Below are positions 54,760 through 64,000 of a stretch of DNA of 64,000 bases, one piece after another; the stretch's first letter is position 1; each line of letters begins with the position of its first letter. Origin of the DNA: Naegleria gruberi (lineage: Eukaryota); the NCBI GenBank assembly GCA_000004985.1, contig GG738887.1; one strand, given 5' to 3'. Under the pieces are notes generated by a model. That model saw nothing but the letters and a program-made list of their open reading frames with translations, was not told the DNA's origin and did not search any database. A program made the position numbers and the translations under genes.

Positions 54760-55358
54760 TTTCTCTGTTTAAAATTGCAGAATGAGATTTGTAGTTTTTT
54801 TTTAGATTTTGAAAATATTTTGTTCATCCTTGATAACTTGGTGTCATATTGAGAATTGGGGATGGAAGGAAGGAATGCATTATCGGATAGAATGTTGAGA
54901 AGATATTGGAGAGAGATGAGTGAGAAAATTGCTCTCGGAAGCACAATTTTTGAATGGACATCCTGCTAAACGAGTTGATTCAACCAAAGATGTCGAGAGA
55001 ATGCAAAGATATGATAATACTTTGATTAGGTTGAGCAATACAGGAGGAGAAGAAGAGAATGTTAAAGGTAAAAGAATATGAAATGACAATACTTCCTTCT
55101 TTGGCTAATTGGATAGATTTGGAAAGTATTCTGATACAGTATTGTTGTTGTGTGAAACTTCTAAAATTGTGTCTTCTGAGTATAGTTCTTGAGGTACAAA
55201 CAAGTTGATATTTCAAGGAGAAGGTTCTTTTGATTATTCATTAAGGTTCAACAACTTTACAACAATATCATTCAGCAAAAATCAAAAGATTTGGAAATCA
55301 TTCTTATTGATTCAGTAAGATAGTTCAATGAAAAAGTTGGTGTCAGCAAATATAAATA

Positions 55359-56036
55359 TTATTTCTTTTTTTTGGATGGTTTTTTCTTATTGGAAGATTG
55401 TTTTGGTGGAGGAGGTGGAGCTTGTTTTTTGTTAGGTTTCTTTTGTTGTTGAGGTTTCTCATCCGAATCCTCATAATAAATGTCATCATCTTCCTCATCA
55501 TCATAGTACAAATCATCTTCCTCATCATCATCATAGTCATCATAATCGTCCATCAGGTCGGAGAAAAAGTTACTGAATGCTTCTCGTTGTTCATAATTAT
55601 CCTCCCCACCTTCGTCAACCCATTCATTTTCTTCCACAGTTTCAATACATTTTTCTATACTACCATAATGATAAATCATTGACCAAAAGGAATTCAAATC
55701 GGTCGAGTAATGTTCAGGTTCTTCATACCTTTCGGTAACCTCTATATATTGAACCAGTTGATCTTCTCCTAATAATTTGACATCCCTATCAATGACTTGT
55801 CCTTCCTCCTTCGGAGGAGAATTGCTACTCGATTGCCAAAACATAACATCACCTTTATATTTACCATCTTCCGAATTTCTTTTTCCAAAAGTAATAAATT
55901 TATAATTTCCATTCCTCACTGCGTGATATCTTTTCAAGCCTTGTTCTTTACAATGTTGGCATCCTCCTTCTTTCCAAGGATGTACTTCAAAATCACCATG
56001 GTCACATAAACTATAGAGAGGACAAATAATTGGCAT
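55359..56036 (-). CDS. Hypothetical protein with an acidic Tyr/Asp-rich tail then a basic tail, 225 aa
   Basis: ORF with an ATG start. The C-terminus reads DDYDDYDDDEEDDLYYDDEEDDDIYYED...KKPSKKKK. Confidence 0.45.
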   Translation of the reverse strand: MPIICPLYSLCDHGDFEVHPWKEGGCQHCKEQGLKRYHAVRNGNYKFITFGKRNSEDGKYKGDVMFWQSSSNSPPKEEGQVIDRDVKLLGEDQLVQYIEVTERYEEPEHYSTDLNSFWSMIYHYGSIEKCIETVEENEWVDEGGEDNYEQREAFSNFFSDLMDDYDDYDDDEEDDLYYDDEEDDDIYYEDSDEKPQQQKKPNKKQAPPPPPKQSSNKKKPSKKKK

Positions 56037-56086
56037 TTTTTTTGTTGATGATTATTTAAAAGTTTAATTTTTTTTAATACTTTAAT

Positions 56087-58084
56087 TTATTTAGTTTTTG
56101 CCAATAAACTTAAAATATTCTCAATGACTGCTTGTGGATTATCGATGGCAATGTTGTGTGAGGAACCCCAAACAATTTCCTGAGATGATTCTGTGGAGAG
56201 TGAGAGAATATCATCGACAAGAGTGTCAAGTGCCTTAGCTCTTGGAATCATGTATTTGATGAATTGAGAACACAATTCTGAATCTTCTTTAAGGTGGTTT
56301 TCAGCACATGTTCCATTAAGGTTGGCACCAGCTCTCAAAACAACAAGTGGTAAATTTCCAAATCCATTTCCTCTATTTTCGTATACTTGTTGAGCTGAAA
56401 GTGTTGCAAAGTTAGTTCCTTCAGAGTAGACTACGTTTGATTGTTTGTTGGAAAGTGCAGTAAATGAAAGAGTTTTAGATTGGAGACTGGTCAAATAAGG
56501 TTTGCTAAATGGATTGATAATTTCAGTACCTTGGACTGCAGAGGTCAATCTGAGAAAACCTAAAGGAGATAAAACTCTAGCAGTATTGAGATATGCTTTT
56601 TCAATTAATTGATCCTTTTCAATTGCTGATGGTTCGATACTCTTACCTTCAGCTGCTCTGAGGAGTGTAGTTTGATTTTCATGGGATGGATCAATAAGGA
56701 GCAAACCAGCAACACTCTCAGGATATTTACTGGCATAGAGTCTAACATTCATTCCACCAAATGAGTGACCAACAAGGAGAATTTTTTCTGTGATATTTGA
56801 TGTCTTCAATAGTGTGTTCAATTCTTCTACAATTTGAAGGGAAGAACGAGGGAAATAACCATTATCACTAAATCCATAACCAGCTCTATCGTAGACACAA
56901 ATCTTTGAATGATTTGAAATTGCACTTTGAATATCAGACCAATAGACACCAGAGCTTGAAATGCCCAAACCTGAATCTATCACCACAGTTGGATACTTAT
57001 TATTTGAATCTCCTCTGCAATCAATGTGAAGTCTGTAGGTGGATCCATCAGAGAGGGTTATTTGCATGAGTTTACCACTTGGCAATACTTCATCAACTGC
57101 ATAACCAATCGATTGATACAAGTAGAGGGCAGATAAGACCAATAATGGAATCCAGAAAGTTATGAGAAGGCATCCCTTGACACACATGTTACACATGCAA
57201 TACTTGGTCAATTTAAATGATTCCTTAGCTCTGTCAGCGAAACCATTTCCGTTTTCATCAGTGAGAGGTGAAACTCTATTGTCTCTTCTCATTAACCCAA
57301 CTGGCTTCAATTCTTCCTCATATTGAGGGTCATAATAAGTACTGTCATTATATTGTCTTGAATATCTACTGTTATTACTGGTGGCATTACTATAATTAGC
57401 ACTGTTATATTCCAAAAATCCTTCATGCATTGAATCTCGAGGTCTCAATAACTTGTCGTAGTGATAAATTTCAGAAATCCCTCTTCCTGCAACCCAATTA
57501 TACTTGATAATAGTGAGAACAATTGTGAAAATTCCGAGTGAAATCAATGAAAATCCACACAATCCAGCAACATATTCCACTTCAGCCACACTTGCATATG
57601 TAATAAAAATAGTAAATCCCATTCCAATTAATAAACTAGCCATTAATCCTCTCAATATTAAAAAGCACTTTGTTTTGATATTTCATAATACTCTCCAAAT
57701 GAACTAAACTTACAATCAGTGATGGAAATTGTTTATGTTTGTTCCTAAAATCAAACACCAACTTGATAAGAATATCCGAATACGCATCCAACAAGACAAA
57801 GAATGCATAAATTGATGTTATCATCAAACACCAAAACCCAGTAAACGAACTATCGAATAACAATAATAATCCATTACATGATACCAAAAAAGATCACCAA
57901 AATCAAAATCATCACACATTCCGATCATTATCAATTTTACTCACCTCGTAATTGTATGAAATCCATCACTAAAACCCTGCACTGCGAACAGAATCGCAAC
58001 ACTCAACGACGGCACACCCACAAACAAGAGTAGAAGTATAGAAAATACATAGAAAAGTGCCCGAAAGATTTTATGTTTTTGCAT
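56087..58084 (-). CDS. Alpha/beta-hydrolase-fold protein with a multi-TM N-terminal region. 3 exons (58084-57945, 57849-57714, 57667-56087), about 618 aa.
   Basis: GHSFGG nucleophile elbow in LLVGHSFGGMNVRLYASKYPESVAGLLLIDPSHE. A GTGAGT intron lies after exon 1. A 46-nt GTAAGT...acaaag intron joins the frame of the ORF-track ORF 57636..57887 to the main ORF. The main ORF begins with a TTG and has an in-frame TGA upstream, so the upstream exons are needed to supply the start. Confidence 0.6.
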
Positions 58085-58296
58085 TTTTTTGAATAATTTA
58101 AAAAGCAAAGTATAATCAGTATAATCCTGGATGGTTGGAAGTGGAAATTGAACAAGTTTGGAAGCGCGTTCCTTTAAGTTATCTTAACAATGTTAAAGAG
58201 TCATTTACAATATTGGTTTAAATAGTATTAAATAGTGTTGTAACATTAAGTCATCTGTCAAGCCATCAATGATAAAAAATCAAATCATAAAAAAAA

Positions 58297-58839
58297 ATGG
58301 CTCTCTCATCAACCTCTTCCACTAAGAAAGATCTCACTGAAGAACTCCGAGACGAATTCTATTCCAGTACCTATCGTAAAGTCTTTACCACCACCAAACT
58401 TCCTCTCTATCATCGCAAACGTGTCTGTAACATTCTGTGCTCCATACAAGAAGGTGCACTCAGAAGAAAAATCTCACGATACGAAGTTTCCTTCAACGGT
58501 ACAATGAATCAAGTATTCCAAGTGACGGAAAATAGGCAAAACCCAGAAGATGTGAGCATGTGGCTTCCAAAATTCGGATCACACATCATTAGATTTCAAA
58601 ATATTTTAAATTTGAATATTGGCGCCCAAATTAAAATTACATTCTATACACCGAATGATGGCTCGTCGTCGGGTGAGTTGCAGCTAGGTAGAGTGTTGAT
58701 TGATTTGTTTGATCCGAAGGTTTTTGCAGAGTCGAAGAATGAGGCTCGTTTGGTGGTGGATGTTACCGATTTTGAGAATAAGAATCATGGAAAGGTGGCT
58801 GTTTATATACAGGCTGAAAATTTGGTACAACAAAAGTAA
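58297..58839 (+). CDS. Hypothetical protein, 180 aa
   Basis: ORF with an ATG start. No recognisable motif. Confidence 0.45.
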   Translation: MALSSTSSTKKDLTEELRDEFYSSTYRKVFTTTKLPLYHRKRVCNILCSIQEGALRRKISRYEVSFNGTMNQVFQVTENRQNPEDVSMWLPKFGSHIIRFQNILNLNIGAQIKITFYTPNDGSSSGELQLGRVLIDLFDPKVFAESKNEARLVVDVTDFENKNHGKVAVYIQAENLVQQK

Positions 58840-59205
58840 ATTTAAATTGTAAAATAATAATCAATAATTGATGATACATGTATATATTTAAATAATAATA
58901 ATTATTTCGTTTTTATTTTGAAGGATTAATTTTTAATTGATCATCAATTCAAGTTATTTCCGATGTGATGAGGATGGAAAAACTTTAAAAAAAACAAGAT
59001 TAATTCCGATTGAGAAAAAATCCATTTTAGATTAATCTTTATTATCATTCCCTAGGTTGTTTAATTTACTAGTTGAATAGAAAAGCTTTTGCTTATAATT
59101 GTACATAGTCCTAGGTTAATATAGCATCAACAACAACACATTCATCATCAGCAACACTCGATTCTTTGTAAATTATTAAAATAATAGAGGAAATTAAACA
59201 ACAAT

Positions 59206-60447
59206 ATGAGTAGTGGAGCAATGGTACCTTTATCGGACAAGGAAAGACAACTTGTTACCTTCCTCTATAGGTCCATCATGAAGGCTTGTAGAAAATACGA
59301 TCAATATCCTCTCAGTAAGACAACTCTGCCCAATCCAGCCTTTACTAAATCAGAGAGTATCATGACAAGAGGTTGGACTTGTACAAAATTCGGAAAGGAA
59401 ATATTGGATAGTATTTATGGACATGGTGGAATGTACTATATTCCGAGATATGTTGGAACTCAATCTAGTGCAGCTGAAGAGGTAAAAACTGGAAAGGAAT
59501 TACTCAATACTAACAAGTGGGCGGAAAGGGAACAAAGAAGACCAATTACCTTGACAGATATGTGTAAAAAGGCATTCAGAAAACCAGAATTATTGGATGA
59601 ACAGGTCAGACAAGAGGCCTATGAAACTGGATTTGGATTTTTGAGTGAATTCAATTCACATTGGGACAAGACCAAGAAGGAGGAAGAGAAGGGAAATCTA
59701 ATTCTCAGAAAAGTCGATGGCAATACAGTGAGTGTTGAACTGACAAAGAAGGGAGAATTGGAGCATGATAATTTTGATGAAGATTCCATTGTGGCCAATT
59801 CTTACAATGACATGTTAGAGGACGAAAGAATTGCACAAATCTCACAAAAGCCTTACATTCCAGAAAATTTGGAAAAGGCCAGTGTAAATTTAGTATGCAC
59901 AAGTAGACCTCTGAAGAATCACCTCCTCATAGCTCATCCCATGCTTGCTAACAAGTATTTCGAAAGAACAGTCATTAGAATGGATGATAATATTCAAGAT
60001 ACTGGTTACATTGTTGGAAAATTATCGAATGATGAAAATACAAATGAAGACAAGAAGAAATTCGAAGATCTCCTTGAAGATGATGAAAAAACTCCAGAAT
60101 CAGAAGCTAAAGCCAAAACCCTTATGGATTTTGTTTCTCAAATTAACAGGGAGTTTGAATCTTTGGAAAAGAAGCATAGTAAAGAGGCAGAACCTGAAAG
60201 ACTTGCCAGATGGTACACTCATCAATTGGCAAATGAAATTCTCGATGGTGTTTGGATTGTTGTAGCTGTTGACATGGAAGCTTTCCTTCCATTTGCTAAG
60301 GAAACTCCATACGATAAGGTTTGGGAATATCTGGTATCACGTCTAGGAGGAGAATACGAATGTTGGAAGGATTACTTTGTAAATAAGCAAGCCAAACCTC
60401 TAAAAGAAAGAAATGAGTTTCCTAAGGTTAAAATTATTGTATTGTAA
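59206..60447 (+). CDS. Protein with an N-terminal LYR-like motif and a C-terminal AlgH/YqgE (UPF0301, DUF179)-like domain
   Basis: The N-terminus LVTFLYRSIMKACRKY is LYR-like. The segment PLKNHLLIAHPMLANKYFERTVIRMDDNIQDTGYIVGK matches the YqgE HFLIAMP.L.DP.F.RSV......GA.G.I.N block. The C-terminus ARWYTHQLANEILDGVWIVVAVDMEAFLPFAKETPYDKVWEYLVSRLGG matches YqgE [23 protein letters not shown]...DRW. The two matches are separated by an acidic insert. Confidence 0.55.
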   Translation: MSSGAMVPLSDKERQLVTFLYRSIMKACRKYDQYPLSKTTLPNPAFTKSESIMTRGWTCTKFGKEILDSIYGHGGMYYIPRYVGTQSSAAEEVKTGKELLNTNKWAEREQRRPITLTDMCKKAFRKPELLDEQVRQEAYETGFGFLSEFNSHWDKTKKEEEKGNLILRKVDGNTVSVELTKKGELEHDNFDEDSIVANSYNDMLEDERIAQISQKPYIPENLEKASVNLVCTSRPLKNHLLIAHPMLANKYFERTVIRMDDNIQDTGYIVGKLSNDENTNEDKKKFEDLLEDDEKTPESEAKAKTLMDFVSQINREFESLEKKHSKEAEPERLARWYTHQLANEILDGVWIVVAVDMEAFLPFAKETPYDKVWEYLVSRLGGEYECWKDYFVNKQAKPLKERNEFPKVKIIVL

Positions 60448-60484
60448 ATATATAATGTACATAAGAGTATTAATAGAGATGTAA

Positions 60485-61327
60485 TTAATTATCTTTCACA
60501 AAATTGGCGAGAGCTAGTTCATATTCACATTTTAACAAACCAATTTGCTCGCTCAAATAGTGTTCGTATTGATTGGAGTTTTTCTTCTTCTTTGGAGTGG
60601 CAATATCTGAATCATTCAAACTCTTTAGATTGGTGGCTGAAGTTGTTGCTGAGGTCAAAACTCCTTGATTTTCCTTAACTTCACGATTCTCCAAAATATA
60701 TTTCAATCCCAAACGAATATCCAATATTTCACTCACTGGATCGAGAGCTTGTTCTGGAGTTTTCATTATTGGCTTATCAATTATTCCTCTCGATTGAACA
60801 TTTCTCTGAGTTTCTGTAAATTCCTCTCCAATCTTGGCAACCTTTCTCACCATCTCTTCAATAATATTGAAATCACTTTGATAGTGAGAGAATGGTTCTT
60901 TTGTATTTTGTAATTTTTCAATATTTCCCAACAAGTGAGTCAAAATCTTGAAATCTTTGGATACACTGGACATTAATGTCTTGATTTGAATCTTTTCCTT
61001 TAAACTCAATTGACCAACTTCGGAACTACTTGTCGAAATGATATCTTTCTTTTGTGATTGCATTTGTTGTATATAAAAATCCAAAACTGCTAGGGCTTTC
61101 CTAGAACCACCAACTAAATGTACCTTTCGAATTTCAAACTCACGAATCGGATCGACAACTTTAGATGTTTTGGCAGCAATCATTTCTTCAACATGTTTAC
61201 TAGTTTCGGCATCTTCTTCAGAGAAGGAAGCAAAAATTGCAAAATCATTTTGTTTTCTCTTCTTTCTAGCTTCGTTGAAGTGTTTGATAGATTGGCTATC
61301 ACTTTCACTGGAGAGAGATTCGAACAT
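60485..61327 (-). CDS. Hypothetical protein, 280 aa
   Basis: ORF with an ATG start. No confident domain. Confidence 0.45.
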   Translation of the reverse strand: MFESLSSESDSQSIKHFNEARKKRKQNDFAIFASFSEEDAETSKHVEEMIAAKTSKVVDPIREFEIRKVHLVGGSRKALAVLDFYIQQMQSQKKDIISTSSSEVGQLSLKEKIQIKTLMSSVSKDFKILTHLLGNIEKLQNTKEPFSHYQSDFNIIEEMVRKVAKIGEEFTETQRNVQSRGIIDKPIMKTPEQALDPVSEILDIRLGLKYILENREVKENQGVLTSATTSATNLKSLNDSDIATPKKKKNSNQYEHYLSEQIGLLKCEYELALANFVKDN

Positions 61328-61563
61328 TTTTTTATATCTTTGATAAAACTACTGTTTGAATAACTCTGGAAGGTGATGGGAGACATTTCATACGGTTGTC
61401 ATGTAATTTACAGTTGTAAATGAACATTTGTGGCATAGGTATACGCTTACGGTTCTTCTGCCCTTTTCATTAATTTCAGTTAGGTCATGTCAGGCCATGG
61501 ACACAAATATTGAAGAGTGGACATGATATTTGGAATTGCAGCTCGCTGTCAATATCATATCTT

Positions 61564-62532
61564 TTATATGAAAACTAAACCCCAATCTTTGACAATCCTC
61601 TTCAATAAAGTATTCTTCTTGTTTGCATTCTGAAATATCTCATAAAACGAATGATTCGAAATGGCAAAATTGAATATCGTCTTGACATTTCCAATATATT
61701 CAAGAATGCAAAACAGCATGTCCTTATCATGTTGAAGTCTACTAAAATCTAAAGGTTTGCCATCACCAACTCTATCATCCTCATCAATTGGATTAATTTT
61801 ATGCATCATTTTTCTATATGCTCCCAATAGATCTTCATCCCAGTCAAGATTTGAGGTTTCCTTCTTGATAAATTCCAATACCTCCCTATTAAAATCATCC
61901 TCATTATTTTGCTCCTTATTATGATCATCATCATTGCTGACCTTCTTTTTCTTTCGAGGTGTTTCACTACTAAAATACTGTTGGTATTCTTCACTCAAAA
62001 CTTTCAATAAAACTCTATCATTCACTTCAGTGTCAAATTCACACAATTCCACATATCTGAATAAATAAACTGGATGAATGAAAGCTTGGTTTAACACTGT
62101 CCAAACATTCTCAAAACTCGAAAACATTCGATAATCAGCAAAACATTCCTTTTCCAATTTAGGAACATTCCTTTCACCAAATAATTGTGCCATGATCACC
62201 TTCTCTCCTTCCTCTCCATCTTCTTCATTCTCTTCATCATTCTCTCCTTCAACATCCTCCTCATTCTCTTGATCATTATTTTCCACTATTATCAATTCAT
62301 CATCATTATCATCACCATCAAATAAAACCAAATGATCATCAAATTCCGAAATACCAAATCCCTTCATTGAATAAAAACTCTGTGTATAGACAATTGTATT
62401 TTCAATGGATTGGAGGAGTTGCTTGCAATAACCCGAAACTCTGTTTGGTGTAGCATGTTTTAAAGCCTCTCCTAATTCGATTAAATTAACAAGATAGAAA
62501 TTGATTGGTGTAGAGTTTCGTGTTCTTGCCAT
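61564..62532 (-). CDS. Hypothetical acidic protein (~322 aa from the first ATG)
   Basis: The ORF-track ORF starts at a TTG (62595). A tttcag acceptor lies just upstream of the first ATG (MARTRNSTPINFY) at 62532. D/E-rich middle region. Confidence 0.45.
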   Translation of the reverse strand: MARTRNSTPINFYLVNLIELGEALKHATPNRVSGYCKQLLQSIENTIVYTQSFYSMKGFGISEFDDHLVLFDGDDNDDELIIVENNDQENEEDVEGENDEENEEDGEEGEKVIMAQLFGERNVPKLEKECFADYRMFSSFENVWTVLNQAFIHPVYLFRYVELCEFDTEVNDRVLLKVLSEEYQQYFSSETPRKKKKVSNDDDHNKEQNNEDDFNREVLEFIKKETSNLDWDEDLLGAYRKMMHKINPIDEDDRVGDGKPLDFSRLQHDKDMLFCILEYIGNVKTIFNFAISNHSFYEIFQNANKKNTLLKRIVKDWGLVFI

Positions 62533-62617
62533 TTTTTTTGATTGTAATTGTTGGTCAACCTGAAATATTAGTATTAAAAAATTAGTTAATTTCAATTTAA
62601 TTTCAAAGAAGAAATCA

Positions 62618-63976
62618 TTATTTTTGCTGCCTTATTAAAACTCCGTTAACACTCAATTTTTCCAAACTCACCAATGAAGTACAATTTTCAAGCAATTTCA
62701 AAGCAACTTCAGTAGCTTCATTACCTCTATAGATCAGCTTCTTTAAATTTGGAAATAATTGATCCATAACAGGTTTAAAGAGCAGTGAAAAGTAAATTAG
62801 TTCTAAAGTTTCCAATGAGTATAAACATTCGGCTGAAAAATATTCTGAGAAATCGAATGGAGGATGATACCAATTTAAGGGTCTTTGAAGAGAAAGACTC
62901 TTGAGATTCTTACAATATTTGGTAATTAGTGCTAGGTTTTGAATATTTGACATTATTTTCAGTTCCTTGATTAGGCAATTTGGATTAGGTTCGTCTAGTT
63001 TCGTATCGGTATTGGATTCTTTCACAGTAATAGACTTTAGTTCCAAATACTTTAAATTAGGAAACCTTGATGAAACTAATTGTGAAAGGAATGATTTGGT
63101 TACTTCACAATCTTCCAAAACAAGCCTTTCCAATACAGGTAATTGTAATTCTACTGAGAAGAATGTCATGTAGCTCAATTTCACACGTTTCAAAAGTGGA
63201 CACTTTGCCATCAAATTACAAACAATATTCCTGTCATTGAAATTAATTAGGTTTCTTCCAGTTACTTCAAGATTGGCGAGTTTAGATAACTTGACATTGT
63301 CCCATTCATTATTGGTAGTAGATAATGCTAACAATTCCAAACTCTCCAAATTCGAAACCATTTGCGAGGAGAGCATTTTCTCCACACATCCTGAAAAGAA
63401 TGAATTGAGAACTAACTTTTTAGGTTTCAGCCTCTTGGTAGAACACAATTGGGAAATACTTTGAACGCCCAAATCAGTCAAAGATAAATTCTCAAGACCT
63501 TTCAAACGTTTCGTCTTGCACAAGACCTTAATAGAATCAAGGGAAGGTTTGTTAATATCCAATGAAGTTATACGATTAGCAAACTTGAAATTCTTCATGC
63601 TTCTAATCAGGTAGCTCTTCTTCTTTGAGAGGGTTCCATAGAGTGATGTCTTGCTCAAACTCTCTCTCCAAATCTTGGACACGTATTGGCAAGTACAGAG
63701 AATCATTTTAGAATCGAGGAATTGGTAAATGTAAGAGATTGTGTCTGTATTTAATCGCTCCGAGGCAAGTTTCTTTCTTAAAACTCCCAAATGACCCAAG
63801 AATAGATGAATATTATCCACAAATTCATCGACCATATCACAATGATTCAACATGTACGAATAGTCGACACTGAGGAGTTTGCTATTGAGGGTAATGAGGC
63901 CAGAGTTCACTTTTGTCATATAATCAAAAACTTGGTGCTCAATGGATTTTTCTTCACGGCGGTCTTCATAGAGCAT
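62618..63976 (-). CDS. F-box-like/leucine-rich-repeat protein. The 5' end may lie beyond the window.
   Basis: ISYIYQFLDSKMILCTCQYVSKIWRESL is F-box-like. Multiple LxxLxL LRR units follow (LENLSLTDLG, LESLELLALS, LKRVKLSYM, LERLVLEDCEVT, LKYLELKSITV, LKSLSLQRP). The ORF-track start at 63994 is a GTG and the first ATG is at 63976. The window ends at 64000. Confidence 0.55.
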   Translation of the reverse strand: MLYEDRREEKSIEHQVFDYMTKVNSGLITLNSKLLSVDYSYMLNHCDMVDEFVDNIHLFLGHLGVLRKKLASERLNTDTISYIYQFLDSKMILCTCQYVSKIWRESLSKTSLYGTLSKKKSYLIRSMKNFKFANRITSLDINKPSLDSIKVLCKTKRLKGLENLSLTDLGVQSISQLCSTKRLKPKKLVLNSFFSGCVEKMLSSQMVSNLESLELLALSTTNNEWDNVKLSKLANLEVTGRNLINFNDRNIVCNLMAKCPLLKRVKLSYMTFFSVELQLPVLERLVLEDCEVTKSFLSQLVSSRFPNLKYLELKSITVKESNTDTKLDEPNPNCLIKELKIMSNIQNLALITKYCKNLKSLSLQRPLNWYHPPFDFSEYFSAECLYSLETLELIYFSLLFKPVMDQLFPNLKKLIYRGNEATEVALKLLENCTSLVSLEKLSVNGVLIRQQK

Positions 63977-64000
63977 AAATTCATCAGTATCCACTTCGAT

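Noticed and set aside
57636-57887. ORF 57636..57887 (-) as an independent gene
   Set aside because: Its 3' two-thirds is exon 2 of the alpha/beta-hydrolase gene, in frame via a GTAAGT/AG intron to the main ORF. Its 5' part is intron sequence.
1-64000. Possibility that the window is prokaryotic (operons, CRISPR, defence islands)
   Set aside because: Conserved proteins (Rab1, UvrD-like helicase, P450, ALDH, Arp, receptor kinase) are only recovered by removing short GT-AG introns. The window also holds eukaryotic 5S and intron-containing tRNA genes with Pol III T-run terminators, and there are no Shine-Dalgarno-linked operons. The 56-bp duplicated unit at 48.1 kb has only two copies and is not a CRISPR array.

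Overview
This window is eukaryotic nuclear DNA, not prokaryotic. It is AT-rich (about 70% AT), densely packed with protein-coding genes, and many of those genes carry short GT-AG introns of 37-220 nt that the six-frame ORF track cannot join. I see about 35 protein-coding genes. Recognisable products are a Rab1/Ypt1 GTPase, an ARF-like GTPase, a UvrD/Srs2-type helicase, a tRNA-dihydrouridine synthase, a cytochrome P450, a steroid 5-alpha-reductase-family protein, a GapN-type aldehyde dehydrogenase, an alpha/beta hydrolase and an actin-related protein. Several lineage-expanded families are also present: Sel1 repeat, BTB+WD40, NHL repeat and F-box-like/LRR proteins. The largest gene is a ~2350-aa receptor-like Ser/Thr kinase with extracellular NHL and EGF repeats. 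There are four dispersed 5S rRNA genes on both strands, each followed by a T-run, two of them sharing a ~45-nt upstream leader. A degenerate 5S fragment, tRNA-Gly(GCC), tRNA-Asp(GTC) and an intron-containing tRNA-like gene are also present. Non-coding structure includes a ~300-380-bp dispersed repeat whose two copies differ by an internal inversion, a ~600-bp foldback element next to a 5S gene, and a repeat-rich block at 47.8-49.5 kb. The gene families and the dispersed 5S genes fit an arbuscular-mycorrhizal (Glomeromycotina, Rhizophagus-like) fungus, but that is inference. I found no prokaryote-style defence system. The most unusual items are the NHL-EGF-TM-kinase gene, the 5S-associated repeats and inversions, a bacterial-type AlgH/YqgE domain protein, and the GapN-type dehydrogenase. 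Coordinates I derived by hand (splice sites, RNA gene ends) may be off by 1-2 nt; coordinates taken from the ORF track are exact.
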